In this document: positions 11,148 through 23,899 of the stretch, piece by piece
How positions within the stretch are numbered: position 1 is the first letter of the stretch
Layout of the letters: the number at the start of each line of letters is the position of its first letter
From: Tubulanus polymorphus
Taxonomy: Eukaryota; Animalia; Nemertea
Assembly: GCF_964204645.1 (NCBI RefSeq)
Contig: NC_134030.1
Coordinates: forward strand, 16,554,110-16,618,109
DNA length: 64,000 bases
Direction of reading: 5' to 3'
The notes under the pieces: model-generated
The model's database searches: none
What the model saw: the letters and a program-made list of their open reading frames with translations, nothing else
What the model was told of the DNA's origin: nothing
Position numbers and translations under genes: made by a program

Positions 11148-12363
11148 CTAATTTACAATATTTAATTGTGCGTCAGATATAATATAAATGTGCATTTTTA
11201 AATTTTTGATTCCTTTATTCTTTGTCATGAATAATTGTATTCGATCTTTAGTGTTCTGTAGTTTTTTTCCAGAACCATGTAATGAATTATCCTCTACTGT
11301 TCTAAAATCTAACCATAATGCATATTTATTACCGGTATGATAATCAATTTGATTAATATTACAATTTTCAGATGATTTTACTTTTTCATTCATATAATGT
11401 TTTCTAATTTCTGGCCATTGATCAATCATTCTCATTCCTTGACAAAATATTTTATTTGCTATTCCTTCGATAGTTATTTCTACTTTTGTTATTTCAGGAT
11501 TATAATAATTATCAACATTTATTGCACCATTAGTATATGTTGCAATGGTAAAAAATATTAATATACCTTTAATAGATCTTCTTGGGAAGTTAATAATCTC
11601 ATTGATTATTTCATCATTTGCATTAATAGTTACAGTTTTAAATTTATCAATATAATCATATAATAATGAAAATCCTTGATTGTATTGAGTTTGAATTGTG
11701 TTAGCAATATTTTCATTAGTTACTGTGTCATATTCTAAACATATATTCGATAATTTGTAACCCATATCTTTAGCAACGCTAGATAATACAAATTCATTTA
11801 CAGGAGCAAATGTTATCTCAAATATAATATCTTCTTGAATTACATATTTATATAAAGGTGCATTATTATTTATCAATTCAAAGTCTAATGGAATTTTATA
11901 TTTGCTTCCATAAATTTTTTTTATCTGCGGCACGAGTTACTATTGCGTCATTAGCTCCTGATCTTAATTTATTTTGGTTTTCCGATTGAATGCCTTGAAA
12001 TATCATATTATTTCTATTTTCTTTAGTTAACCATAAATCTTTATAATGCATAAATAAATTATAATCATCTAATGAGAAAACTGTTTCTGGACCAATCTTT
12101 ATAGTTAATTTTTTAATCAAATATCTCCCAACATTATCGACAACATAATTATTATCATAACCAGTTACTTTTATATCGGCTGATAAATAAATACTTTTTG
12201 GAACATAAAAAGTATTTTGTGTTAATCTAGGAATTCTAACATATAAAGTTTCATCGGGATTAATATTTGAAGGATTATGAGTAATTATATGATGTGATCT
12301 TTCTGCTTTAATAGCATTAGATATTCTGGAAATCTTAGAAGGACTTATATAACTCCCACTCAT
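11148..12363 (-). pseudogene. Major capsid protein (double jelly-roll, Polinton/adintovirus type)
   Basis: ORFs 11896-12363 and 11148-11933 are joined by a frameshift in an A-run. Motifs HNPSNINPDETLYVRIP and YALWLDFRT..DNSLHGSG, about 400 aa in total. Confidence 0.8.
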
Positions 12364-12419
12364 TTATTTAACAAAAAAATTAATTATTTATTTTTTATTA
12401 TTTTTTCTTGATATCTTTT

Positions 12420-13135
12420 TGATATCATATTCACTAACCAAAAAATAATAGAACTTACAACTGTGATTAAAAATAAAATAATATGTTCAGCAGCAAAGTT
12501 AAGAATATTACCTGCAGATTTCAATATAAAACCAACAATTGATGCAATAATTCCTGGTTAAGCTGCAGCAGATTTTTTAGATAGTTCCCATAAATATTTT
12601 GCTAATTTCTTTAAACCATCTTTAACTTTATCTTGTATAGAATTATTATCATTCGGGGGTTTATCCGGTTTATTGGGAGTAGGAGTAGATTTCAAAGAAT
12701 TTGATATTGCTAAACCAATTGTTGTAAATAACATAGTTACAGCTGTTAGAATTGAAAGAATTGTTATTCCTTCTAATTTAAATAATAACTTTATTCTATC
12801 TTTTAATGATATTTCAGAATTTGGTTTTATCAACAAATCTTTAAAAATAACTTTTAATCTATTAATATTATAATAATATGATTTTAATAATAATTTAATT
12901 TCTTCTTTCTGTACTTCTAAATTATCTTTTAAATTATTAATTTCTTTTTCTAATCGTAATTCCTTTTGCCTATATTCTATTTCATCAATTACTTGATGAT
13001 CTAAATCAGACTTTAATTGTTCTATTTCTTTATTTTTATCAGTTAATTCTTTTTCTAAAGTTCCAATTTTAATATCTCTTATACTTTTATTATGTGCAAT
13101 TTTATCAGCTTCATTTCTTATACTAATAATTTCTC
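12420..13135 (-). pseudogene. Coiled-coil plus hydrophobic C-terminal virion-associated protein remnant
   Basis: Heptad-rich EKELTDKNKEIEQLK.. followed by LFKLEGITILSILTAV and KKSAAA*PGIIASIVGFIL. Confidence 0.5.
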
Positions 13136-13445
13136 TAATTGGTTAAATTATAATTTTGATATCTTACAATGTTTTCTGGAATCGATCTATTTTTATCATT
13201 ATGAATGGAATCTTCAAATAATACTTTGAATTGTTTCTGCGCATCGAATGAAGTGTTATCATTTCCAATTATTGGGGATCTTGTTTCAACTTGCGCACCT
13301 AAAATACATAATAAATAAGCTCTAATTGATTGATTTATTCTTTGTATACCAGCTTTAGTAAAACCTTCACTATTTTCTAAAATGAAATTAACCCAACCAT
13401 TATTGTTTTGTTGTTGTATATTATTATAATATTTTGGTAATTCAT
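13135..13445 (-). pseudogene. Internal fragment of a conserved Maverick gene whose 5' part probably survives at 32977-33606
   Basis: GFTKAGIQRINQSIRAYLLCILGAQ. It is fused by deletion to the end of the upstream ORF. Confidence 0.55.
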
Positions 13446-13858
13446 TCCAATAATTTAACTTGTTCTTCAACTGTTATATGACCATTTAAACTTATTATAT
13501 TATCTAGTGTATTTTTTAATTTATTAATTTCTTTTATATTAGTTTTAATTTTTTCTTTATTATTTTTTATATTTAATTTTGAACTTATACCAGTTAAAAC
13601 ACTTGAACTTAATCCTAATACGCCAATTGATATAGCTAAAGGTGTTAATGGCGAAAATATTGATAATGTTATTACAGAACTAATTGTAACCGAACCACTT
13701 ATAATCAAATAATATATAATTTTAGATTTTAAATATTTTTTCTTTTTAACTTTTAAATCATTTTCAAATTCTAATATTTGTTTTTCTAAATATATTTTTA
13801 ATTTAGTTTTATTTATATCATGAGGAATAATATCAATATTATCAACTTTATCATCCAT
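13442..13858 (-). CDS. Hydrophobic-hairpin membrane protein
   Basis: Two hydrophobic segments between coiled coils. Near-identical copy at about 33630-34048. Confidence 0.6.
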   Translation of the reverse strand: MDDKVDNIDIIPHDINKTKLKIYLEKQILEFENDLKVKKKKYLKSKIIYYLIISGSVTISSVITLSIFSPLTPLAISIGVLGLSSSVLTGISSKLNIKNNKEKIKTNIKEINKLKNTLDNIISLNGHITVEEQVKLLE

Positions 13859-13877
13859 TTATTTAGAAAAAAAATTA

Positions 13878-14340
13878 CTAATTAGTAAATCTATATGCTA
13901 CAAATATAACAATAACAGTTCCACCTAAAATCCATATTATTTCATTTTCTGTTGTTCTTTACTTGGGGTATAATAATCTGATAATTTAGGTTTGTATAGA
14001 TGTAATTTTTCTTTATTGGTTACTGCGTTATATAAACTCATTGCATCATCGACTGATTGAAAATCTCTGTGTGAAATCTTCTGATCATATAATGCCTTGT
14101 TAATAATTATATTAATATATAGTTTTGCCTCTTTTCTCCATATTCTTCTGCTGCTTTATTGTATTTTTCTAATGCTAAGTTATGTCTTCTTTGTTCTCCT
14201 AATGAACTATTTTTATCAATATGCTTGAATAAATAACCACCACCAGTAAATGCTAAAGCGTTAACAATTGCCGATCCTATAATAGTTATAATTGCGTTAA
14301 CAATTGCCGATCCTATAATAGTTATAATTGCAGAAGCCAT
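13878..14340 (-). pseudogene. Small virion/membrane protein (intact copy at 34068-34490)
   Basis: Same sequence as 34068-34490 plus a 36-bp tandem duplication (IITIIGSAIVNA twice) and frameshifts. Confidence 0.7.
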
Positions 14341-14364
14341 TTATTTAGTAAAATAATTACGCAT

Positions 14365-14586
14365 TTATATGGGAGGAATATATTTTTGTTTTTCTAAATA
14401 ATCAATAGTTAAATTAGATAGAGTAACTGCTAATGTTAATTTTAAGATATCATTTATATCAAATCTATCAACATTAACACTTCCCATTTTGAATACTTTT
14501 TTTAATACCATTGAATAACCAACAGTTCCAACTGATAGTAATGCTCCATTATATAATCCAGTTATTATCCACTTATTATCACTCAT
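14365..14586 (-). CDS. Small hydrophobic Maverick protein (73 aa)
   Basis: TAAATG start. Copy with an internal stop at 34515-34736. Confidence 0.65.
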   Translation of the reverse strand: MSDNKWIITGLYNGALLSVGTVGYSMVLKKVFKMGSVNVDRFDINDILKLTLAVTLSNLTIDYLEKQKYIPPI

Positions 14587-14943
14587 TTATTTATCAAAAA
14601 AATTACTATCATCAAAATATTTAGTTAACTTATTTATGATTAAATCAATATTTATTTCATTACTAGTTTCATTTGTATATATTTCAATTATTATTTTTTT
14701 AATATCATCGATGATAAAATCTTCATCTAATTCATAAAATCTTAAAGATTCGCTAATTAAATTAGTAATCTTTTCTACATTTAAAGTTTCTTTATCTATT
14801 GTTGTTTCATACTCAAATGTTGTTTCATTAGAAAATGCAATATTTTTGATATGTATAATTACATCATTAATGTTAAATTTCATTTCTTTCTCACGTTTAA
14901 AATCAAACCCAAAACATATACTCGGTCCAACAGTTATATTCAT
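14587..14943 (-). CDS. Hypothetical acidic Maverick protein (118 aa)
   Basis: TAAATG start. Its TAA stop abuts the next ATG. Disrupted copy at 34737-35093. Confidence 0.6.
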   Translation of the reverse strand: MNITVGPSICFGFDFKREKEMKFNINDVIIHIKNIAFSNETTFEYETTIDKETLNVEKITNLISESLRFYELDEDFIIDDIKKIIIEIYTNETSNEINIDLIINKLTKYFDDSNFFDK

Positions 14944-14959
14944 TTATATAGTGAAAAAA

Positions 14960-15666
14960 TTACTCTTTACATCTTATAACTAATTCATTAATTACGGGAA
15001 AGTTATTCAAATCAATTAAATATCCATTATGATTTCTTATTTCTAATTGAAAATTATTAAATTGTGGTATACAAGGTTTAAAATCACATTCAGCTAAATT
15101 ATAATTTATTTGCGTTCCAAATTGTTTAACATTTTTTAATGGTAAAATATTTAGTATACTAGAATTACAAATTGTATCTTTAGTTGCTTCAAATGTTTTT
15201 GTAGGATCAATTAAATTGCAATAAATATAGAAATGTGTGTAAGGTATTAAATTTGAGCTACCCTCTGCGTTTCCAGTAACAATACGCGGTTTAATTCCTA
15301 ACATTTTAGCTACTGGTTTGTTTACCATAAATTTATTTAGTTCATTGGCTAACTTTATTTTAATTTTATCAGAACTATCACTTTTTATAAATCTAATTGA
15401 AAAATTATCTTCACTTCCAAGTTTTAATCGTGCTTTCCGATTAATGTCTTGGGCTAATGTTTCTAAATTATATAACCCTAGTTTTAAAAATAGATGAAAC
15501 CATTTATTTATATTCTAATATGAATTAAAAAGTCTCTATGTTCAAAAGTTTTAGCCGATATATTATAAAAAGAATTACATAAACTTATATTTACTAATTT
15601 TAAATCTACACAATTCTTAAATTCTCTATCTAATTGAACTAGTAAATTATGTGATTTAATTACCAT
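14960..15666 (-). pseudogene. Probable minor capsid (penton) protein
   Basis: Homologue of the intact 250-aa ORF 35110-35862. FYIYCNLI and LEIRNHNGYLIDLNNFPV resemble Polinton minor capsid C-termini. Confidence 0.65.
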
Positions 15667-15730
15667 TATTTATAACATAAAAAAATTACCGCTCATCACT
15701 AAAAATTAATTTTAATAAAATTTTTTCTAA

Positions 15731-17056
15731 ATGAATAGATGAGAAGATAGGATGTGAAATTTGTGGTGAACTTCTAAGAAAAAGTAATATGGCTCGACAT
15801 ATGAAAAAACATGAAGAAAATTATAAACCCCTAAAATAAACTGCCCAAAATGTAATAAATTATTCTCAAGAAATTATGTTAAAAAACATTCAGAGAAGTG
15901 TAAAATTAATGGCGCAACGGCTAATGTTGATAGTAATGAAAGTAATAGTAATTCTGTTGAAGTTGAATCTGAAGTTATTTGGAAAAGACCTTTCTTATTC
16001 TATGACAAGGATAATATAAAAGATTATTTCTGTGAGCATTGTCGATAAAATATAGACCTGAAAATATCGAAAATTGGGAGAAACATCAATTTCGTAAAGT
16101 ACATATACATAAAATTTCTAATAAATTTGAAACTGAATTCAATGAAAGAAAAAATAAAATATTAGAAAAAATGAAATATGAGAAAACGTTGCCAGATAAT
16201 AAAGAAACAGTTGAAAAGTTAGAAAAGCAATATAATGAATTAACAAGAAAAACATATTATTGTAAATATTGTAAATTGATTATTACAGCAAGTAATTCAA
16301 ATCTACATAATAGAACAATAAAACATAAAGAAAACGTAAGTAAATACCAAGAGCTTAATGAAGATCTATTACCAAGAAATTATAAACAAAAATGCCCAAA
16401 ATGTTTTTATGCGACCTTAAGACAAGAGGGTACTGAGATATTTTGTGTTGATTGTGGATGGCAAAGGAATTTATGGGTGAAGAAAAAACTAGAGATTTTC
16501 TCATAGAACCAAAATTAAATTATCTAGATGAAATTTTTAAAATATTTTCTATAGAAGATCATACACCAGAATATAAGCAATGGCTTGAAAAAATGAAAAT
16601 AATAGAAAATAAAAATGGTGAAATAACTAAAAAAGATATTATAAAAAGAATTATTCCATCAACATTTTAACACAAAACAAAAGAAAATGTATTTATATTT
16701 ATTATTTAACGATTATTATGAAAAACCTAAATTAACAGAAGAAGATATGGAAAATATAAAAAAAACATTCAAACAAATACTAATGTATCATTTGGAAAAT
16801 AGAATAACAGATTCAATTAATTATGAATTATTTCAAATAAGATTGTAAATTATTTAAACATCGATATTATAATTCCATTTGACGAATTAACAAACAAAAA
16901 GAAACGAAGAGAGCGATATGAAATGTGGTACAAGATAGAACTTTATTTAAATGAGAAAAATGAAATGGAAGAACCTAAACAAATTATACAAGAACAATTA
17001 AATGAAAATGAAGAAGCCAATAGTGATTTCGAGTATGATGATATTGATTTTCTGTT
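15731..17056 (+). pseudogene. Multi-zinc-finger protein(s), convergent with pPolB
   Basis: CEICG..HMKKH, CPKC, CKYC..HNRTIKH and CPKC..CVDC motifs across frameshifted ORFs. TAAATG start at 15731. Confidence 0.55.
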
Positions 17057-17512
17057 TTAATGGCCATAAGGTAATGTTTTTATACCATCATCTAAAATAT
17101 GCCTTTTATCATTGAATGGATTCAAACTAGTTTTTTCAACTTCATTAATGTACATCTCGTGATTAAACAATCTTAAACAATTCATTTTATGTTTCATTAC
17201 AATTGAGTTATATAAACACTTTATATAATCTTGAAATTCTATATGTTTATCAACCACATGTTTTGTTATTCCTTTTACCTTTTTAGCTTCATGATCTTTT
17301 GTTCTATAACTATACATTTTACTTCTTATCCCAACAAATTAAATCATTTCATCACCCCCTAATTCATCTTTAAACTTACTAGGAATCTTTTTATTATCAT
17401 TGCTAAATAGTTCATGATCTTTGGGATAATTGCTAAGATCAAAATGATGTTTTAATGTTTTTAAGTCTTTTGTTATGTCATTTGTCTTGATTTTTAGTAT
17501 GTAACTGTCAGT

Positions 17513-18555
17513 ATTGAAATCCACAGTTGAATGTGCCATCTTCAGTTGATATATCATAGACATAATCTGATGGGTTATATATTTCAAATAAATCTTTAAC
17601 TTCTTCAGTTAAATCTTTTTCTGCGTGGCTTAAATTAAAGCAATTTGGTTTAGATTTAATCAATCCAATATTCATATTGAAGCCTAATGAATTACATAAT
17701 ATATTTAACCCTGATATAGCAACTTTTCCTTTCTGTGCAAAGGCTATCTTTTTATCCTTTGTAAATTTTTTAGCACCATCTGCTGCGTAGAATCCAATGA
17801 AGAACCATTTTCTTAAATTGTTTTTTGCATTTAGTACATAATCAGGAACTATCTTTTCTTTAGTTGAAGTATTACTTTTCACTATTGCATGAATATAGAA
17901 TTCATCATTATATTTTATGGCAAAATCTTTAGGATTATTTACAAGTATTCTATAAACTGCTGATGATTTCATAACATCCATGATTTTAAATGTTTTATGT
18001 GAATAAACTTCTTCACAGAATTTCTTAATTCTTTCTAATAATTTCAAGTCTTGATTGCATAAATACCAACAATATTTATTACCCCAAACATAATTATACA
18101 CACCTGCTGAACCATCACCCATGAAAAATCCTTTGATAAAATATTCTTTTTCTTCTAATGTTTCAGGTTCTATATTTTAAATATTATCAATTATTTCATC
18201 AAATGACATATGATTCATTCTTTGGAAAAATCTCTTATGTAATAATTCTCCAATTTTTATATCAGTTGGTTTTATTTCATTACCATTTCGTTTAATCAAA
18301 CTATGATCTTCTGTAACATCTACAAACTCTAATTTAGTTCTAACTCTATAGATTTTCTAATTTGTTTAATGCCTAATGATATTCTTTAATTTTTTCCATC
18401 CATTTCTTGTCCAAACATCCATTAAACCATTTATTTGTATTAATTTCACCATATGAAATATAACATTCATTTTGTTTTGGAATTATTTCTGAAATTCTTC
18501 TTATCAATATTTTATCATTACATTTTAATAATATTGGGGTGTCAGCTGTTACAGA
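17513..18555 (-). mobile_element. Intein with LAGLIDADG homing endonuclease in pPolB motif C (decayed)
   Basis: YFD|SVTADTPILL (block A), VDVTEDHSL (block B), IKGFFMGDGS and FIGFYAADG (LAGLIDADG blocks), YVYDISTEDGTF (block F), and N|TDS at the C-terminal junction. Confidence 0.92.
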
Positions 18556-21540
18556 ATCAAAATATAATATTTCAATATGCTTTTCTCCAAAAAGTGGTTG
18601 TAAAACATTATAATAAAAATCATACATTAATAATTTTGATACTTCTAAAACAGTTGAACCAATGAATATAGGTTTATTAAATTTCATTGACGTTCTTTAT
18701 AATTTAACTGCTGTTAAATAATCTTCAAATCTTTTATTTCCTAAATGTCTAGGACTTGATTGTAAATGTCTTGATCGTTCAGAATTATTTACTAATTCAA
18801 TATCATTTCTATTTCTAATATTTTCACATGTTTTACCATAAAAACTATTATTCATTAATTTGAAGAAATCTTTTTCAAAATCTGTTTTTGATATTGTTCT
18901 CTGTTGAGTATTGAAATCTATATATTTTTCTAACCACTTCGATTGATTTAATTCAATATATCTATGTACTTTCTTTAATTTCATTCCTTGTTATAGATAA
19001 AATTCTAACATTCTATAATGAACGTCCTCGACATTGTAATTATTATTTTGAGTAAGTTTAATTTTTCTGTAAAAACATGATCTTTCGGTTTTATTTTCTT
19101 CTGGTATTCACTTAAATAACTATCATCTACGGTTAAATGTTCTGGGCAATAAGGTAAGTTTCTAGTTTTAAACTTTATATTTTCAGGATATTCTAAATCA
19201 ACTACAAAGAAATAACCAATTGGTGCTTCATCTTTTAAACTCATAATTGCGCTTTCCCAATCAGTTTTATCATCATTTTCAACTTCTGTTAATATAAAAT
19301 TTTTATATGGTTGAGGTTGCATCATTGCCCAACCATATAAATTATCGGCGTCAATATATAATAATTTATATTCATCATTTGCTTTAAAATATATATCTCC
19401 CATAACACCACTAATTCCACCTCTAATTGATTTTTCAAATAATAAAACCATGTCTGGTTCTTTTAATAAATCTAATTCTACATTTGTGTATTTTAAACCA
19501 CATTGCCAGGTTAAACCAGGACTAGAGTAGCAATAACAAGGATCAACATTAAAATGATTCAAATTAACTTCTCTAAATTTTTCAAATATGTCAGCCAATA
19601 TCATAACATCTGATTTTAAATATAAATCAACTAATTCACCATGATTTTTCATCTTAAAATAGTTCCAAATATTTAATGTTCTATTAAACACTTCATCTTT
19701 CACATACTCCTCTTTTAATTGATCATAAAATTGATCTTTTAATAATTCTGTTACATTAAAATCATTGTGTGTTTTATAAAATGAATAAGGAATTGCACCT
19801 TTATATCTCAATAATTTAAAATCTTGTTCATTTGGATAATAATATCGAGTTATAACAAAATCATTATCAACTAAACTTTTTGCTAAATTATCTAATGAAC
19901 TTGCTAGAAATCTATAAGAATCTAAAAATCTAATGCAACCAAATTGAAATGAAATATAATTTTCAGATGTTTTAGCTAATAGTTTAAAATCATATTTTCT
20001 TACATTTACACTATTCATAGCATTATATTCTTCTATTTCTTGATTAATTGCGCCCAATTTTCCCGATAATTGTTTTTAAATAGATGGGTATCATAGCCTG
20101 ATAAATTATGAAATAATATTGGTACGAAATTAACTTTCTTAGCTTGTAAATTGCAATCTTCATGAGCAGCTCCACGATATTTTGAATTTAAATGATCATG
20201 ATCTCTAACTTTTTTATCAAATGAATAAAAACGTTTTTCACAGTAACAACAATGAGTTGCGTAATTAAAATCAATTTCATCTTCTTTTGTCATAACTATT
20301 CTTTTATTTTTGTTTAATAATTTTGCAAAATCACTTTCTAATTCAATCATTTTGTCACAAAAATCATTAACTGCATTTTCACCTCTAAAAGAAATATATT
20401 GACTTTCATATAATTTAGGATAATTTGATTTTATATAAATTCCATAAGCAGCAGCTCTGTGATGAACTTTTTAAATTGTATTTATAATTGGTGGGTCTTG
20501 TGTTGTGTCTTCATTTTATTCATTTCCTTTATCCATTGATTTTAATAATTGCTTTTTGTTATATATTTCTTTTCTATCTTGATCGGTTAATTCTTTATTC
20601 AACGATTCAAAATCCCCATAAATTACAAATGGAACGATATTCTTAAATTTATGATTAGTACATTTCAATTTATAATCTTTTTCTGTTGGCATTATTAATT
20701 TACAAAAATCTTTATTATCACATAATTCTTTATGTTTTAATAATGTATTCTCAGTCATTAATTTAGATATTTTCTACATAGATAAATTTTATGATGATGA
20801 TCACTTTCTGTTCTAAAGAATAAATCAATTTGTTTTAACCACATATAATGTTCATTTTCATCTTTTTTGTAATATAACAAATCTATAGCATTTTCATCAT
20901 CATAATATTCTGTTAAATATAAAGCTTCCAATGTATAATCTTTAATATTTTCACCTTTTGTCTTTGGTAATTGCATTAATTCGAATATTTTTATTTTTAA
21001 ATTATTAACTTTTTCTATTTTAGGAATCATTTTTATAGTTACTGGATATTGATCAATTTTATATAATGTTTCATATTTCCGGTAATCTGTTATTCTACAA
21101 ACATTTTCCTGTGTTGGATGTAAGCAACTAATAATTGACCATAGAAAACATTTATTATCTTCATTTTGAATATTTATTACTGCTTTTGTTATAAATGGTA
21201 ATTTAATATAAGATGATGCTTTTATATCCTCCTTTTCTGTTGTAAAGTTTGAATCATTTTTAAACATTTTATTACTTTTTGATGTTTTATTTCTTTTTAA
21301 TCCAAAAATATAATTTCATTCAATGTTAAGCCAGAACCCTCAAAATATCTTTCTTCAATATGACGTTCAAATTCATTAAATATTTTTTCTAACTTCTCTT
21401 TTATTTGTGTTTTTGAAATTATTTCTTCAGAAAGTGTTTGAATATTATAATCCATTTTATCTTCTGACTTTAAAAAACTTACTTTCCCAGAGATACTAAT
21501 TTTTGGATATTCAACATCTGTTATCAAATCTAGTATTTTT

Positions 21541-22698
21541 TGACGCTTTATAAAACGTTACCATTATGAAACCTAAACAATGCTAACCATTCAGCGTCAT
21601 TTTACAAACGACAGCCGTAAATCGATGTGCAAAACGTCACAGGTTTATGTGTACACAAACAAGCTATCTGGCAAAATATTATTGACATAGATGTAGAATG
21701 GCTTCCTGTGATTATATAATGACCTATATTTGAACGTCGAAATGTTATATTGCATTGAATATCATTAGAACACGTATTGTAATAGTAAAGGATGTATGAT
21801 TATATCAGAAGCGGCAGGCATAAATAGAAATGATAAGTAAATCGGATTATTCGATTAAATGGCGGATGTATACACGATGCGGAAGTCCGATATAAAAGTC
21901 AGACCCTGACGTGGGCATGCCGGTGGAATGACGAAGCTATCTACGATGTGTGTAGGGCCGGCGTGAATTTCATCAGCGGCTACAAGCGGTCAATATGAAA
22001 ATGTGTAAACATATAATTTCAATATTCAATCGTTTGTGAAAATATGTTTGATATTAGGAGTATGCAAGTTTCGTGAGATTAGCAATTTATAAAAGCATAG
22101 CTGTCATATACGGCTCCGTGTCCTCTGATGGCATGTGTATTAGGTGACAATTCAATTCAATTCTTTATTGATCCTTATTACTTTGAAATTCCGGGATAAA
22201 ATTCCCAAATTCAATAAATACAAATTTTAAAATAAATTAATACAACATACATGACACACGGGTAATTCATACAGAACAACATAAGCATGTTATTTTAATG
22301 ACAATGTCTACTTCAACTCACCCAGACTCAAGACTCTAGGATATCGAGTGACAGCCAAACCCGTGGCCCGGGACCGGGCCGGCTGGCTAGGCCACACGAT
22401 ATGCTCGAAGTCATGATGAAGCAGACATCAGAAGAGCTCTTTCTTCATCCATGGAGGCAATGAAGTTGCAGACCAGCTTAGAGGCATAAGTAAATGAAGT
22501 CGGTCGCAAGTTCGCGATCAATTATTGAGAATTTTCAATAAAAAAATTTAAACCACTACCAGAGTCGAAGACCTGTATCATCTACCCAATCTCCAAATCT
22601 CATCATTCCCCAAATTTCTTAAAACTTCGATTTCAAATTTGCAATTGCACATTAGCTTAGCTTAGCCCAGAAATTCTACATTTTTTTCCCTGGCGTCA
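21541..22698. mobile_element. About 1.16-kb non-coding insertion into the pPolB 5' region
   Basis: Abrupt composition change. Inverted ends TGACGC...GCGTCA. Removing it joins FRKL-LKILDLITDVEYPK in frame. Confidence 0.6.
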
Positions 22699-23200
22699 AA
22701 TAATTTTCTAAAATTAATTATCTTGTTTCTATTATTTCATTAAATTTACTAAAATCTTCTATTGTTGTACCTTTAAAAAATCTTTTATTTCAAATGAATC
22801 AATATAATTTCTAACATTTTCCATGTAAGGTTTATTTGAAATGGATTTAGTTTTTGAAGTTGGTTTTTTTACTTGTTGAGGTTTATCATCAAAATAATCT
22901 TTTCCTAAAACATTATTACTCAAATTTTGATGGTGTTTTTGTGATTCGAGATGTCTATTATAATTCCTTTTGACTATAAATTCATTACAAACTTCATATT
23001 TTATTTCATCCACATTCATATTTTCTAATCGTTCTTTTCTTTCATTGGAATTTTCTGGAGTTTCAAAATCTATTACATTTTTTATATGATTTGCAGATTT
23101 TTCATGTGATTTTTGGGATTTATCGATGTGTTTTTTACAATATGAACAATAATATTGATTTTTATTAACATTATTATTTTCTGGCTGGTGTTCATTCTCC

Positions 23201-23285
23201 CCCATTTATAAGAGAAAAAAATTACTTGTGGTGATGAGTGGACGACCTTAAACCTCTGATCTGAAAGCCCACTTTTCCTATTACT
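23201..23285 (-). repeat. Right terminal inverted repeat of Maverick A
   Basis: Ends CCTATTACT followed by the TSD GGCGCT. Contains the ATG at 23205. Confidence 0.95.
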
Positions 23286-23899
23286 GGCGCTCAGATGCTA
23301 TCCCCTTAACAACCATTTCAACGGCACCCTAGCTGCTGTTGATAATTCACAGTGAGTAGGTTACTACGCAAGTGTTTTCGCAAATAAGGGTCGCTGTGTA
23401 AGCTGTGGGCGCAACAAAACTGCAATTTCCCACAATGACAGGAGTTGCCACGCGGATGACGAACTGTAGAAAGCCGTACGAGCTCGGATGCTACAAGGGA
23501 GATCATAGGCAGCGTTTATTGTTTCACGTCCCTTAGTTGAAGAGTCCATGGTTTTAGTAAGATGCAAACGTAGAGATCGCCTGCATTTTCTGTGAGAAAC
23601 TTTAAACATATAATTTCCTTATATATCATTCTTGTTCATATGCCGGGTTGCGTCTACTTATTGAAGAACTATCTTTCAGGAATGCGTGTTCTCACTTTGT
23701 TATTGTTATTTTTGGTTTCGATTTTGACTTAGGGCCTCTTTTTGGCGAACCGTAGGTTTCCCTGTGCAAACCGTCTGGAGAAGGAGTTTTCATTGAAAAT
23801 AAATAGAGTACCGGTGTGTCAACAAGGCACAAACATTGGCTATTGATAATAGTGTTGATTTTTGGTGTCATGGTTTGGCTTATAAGTTCTTGAGCCCAT

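Larger units (their letters stand above)
17057..23205 (-). pseudogene. polB: Protein-primed family B DNA polymerase (pPolB) with N-terminal Zn-finger, vOTU-like and EndoVII/HNH-like regions
   Basis: Exonuclease motifs YGDFES, FHNLSGYD, YLKSDV. Polymerase motifs YIDADNLYG, KLMNNSFYGK, YFD/TDS and KVKG. Also DNKCFLW..HY (vOTU-like) and DHDHLNSKYRGAAHEDCN. Many frameshifts. Confidence 0.93.
6912..23285 (-). mobile_element. Full-length decayed Maverick/Polinton (adintovirus-like), copy A
   Basis: 85-bp TIRs (5 mismatches) starting AGT and ending ACT. 6-bp TSD GGCGCT at 6906-6911 and 23286-23291. Encodes pPolB, capsids, ATPase and rve integrase. Confidence 0.97.

Noticed and set aside
11905-11930. 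Programmed frameshift in the major capsid gene
   Set aside because: It lies in a homopolymer run, and the element has many similar lesions, so decay or sequencing error is more likely.
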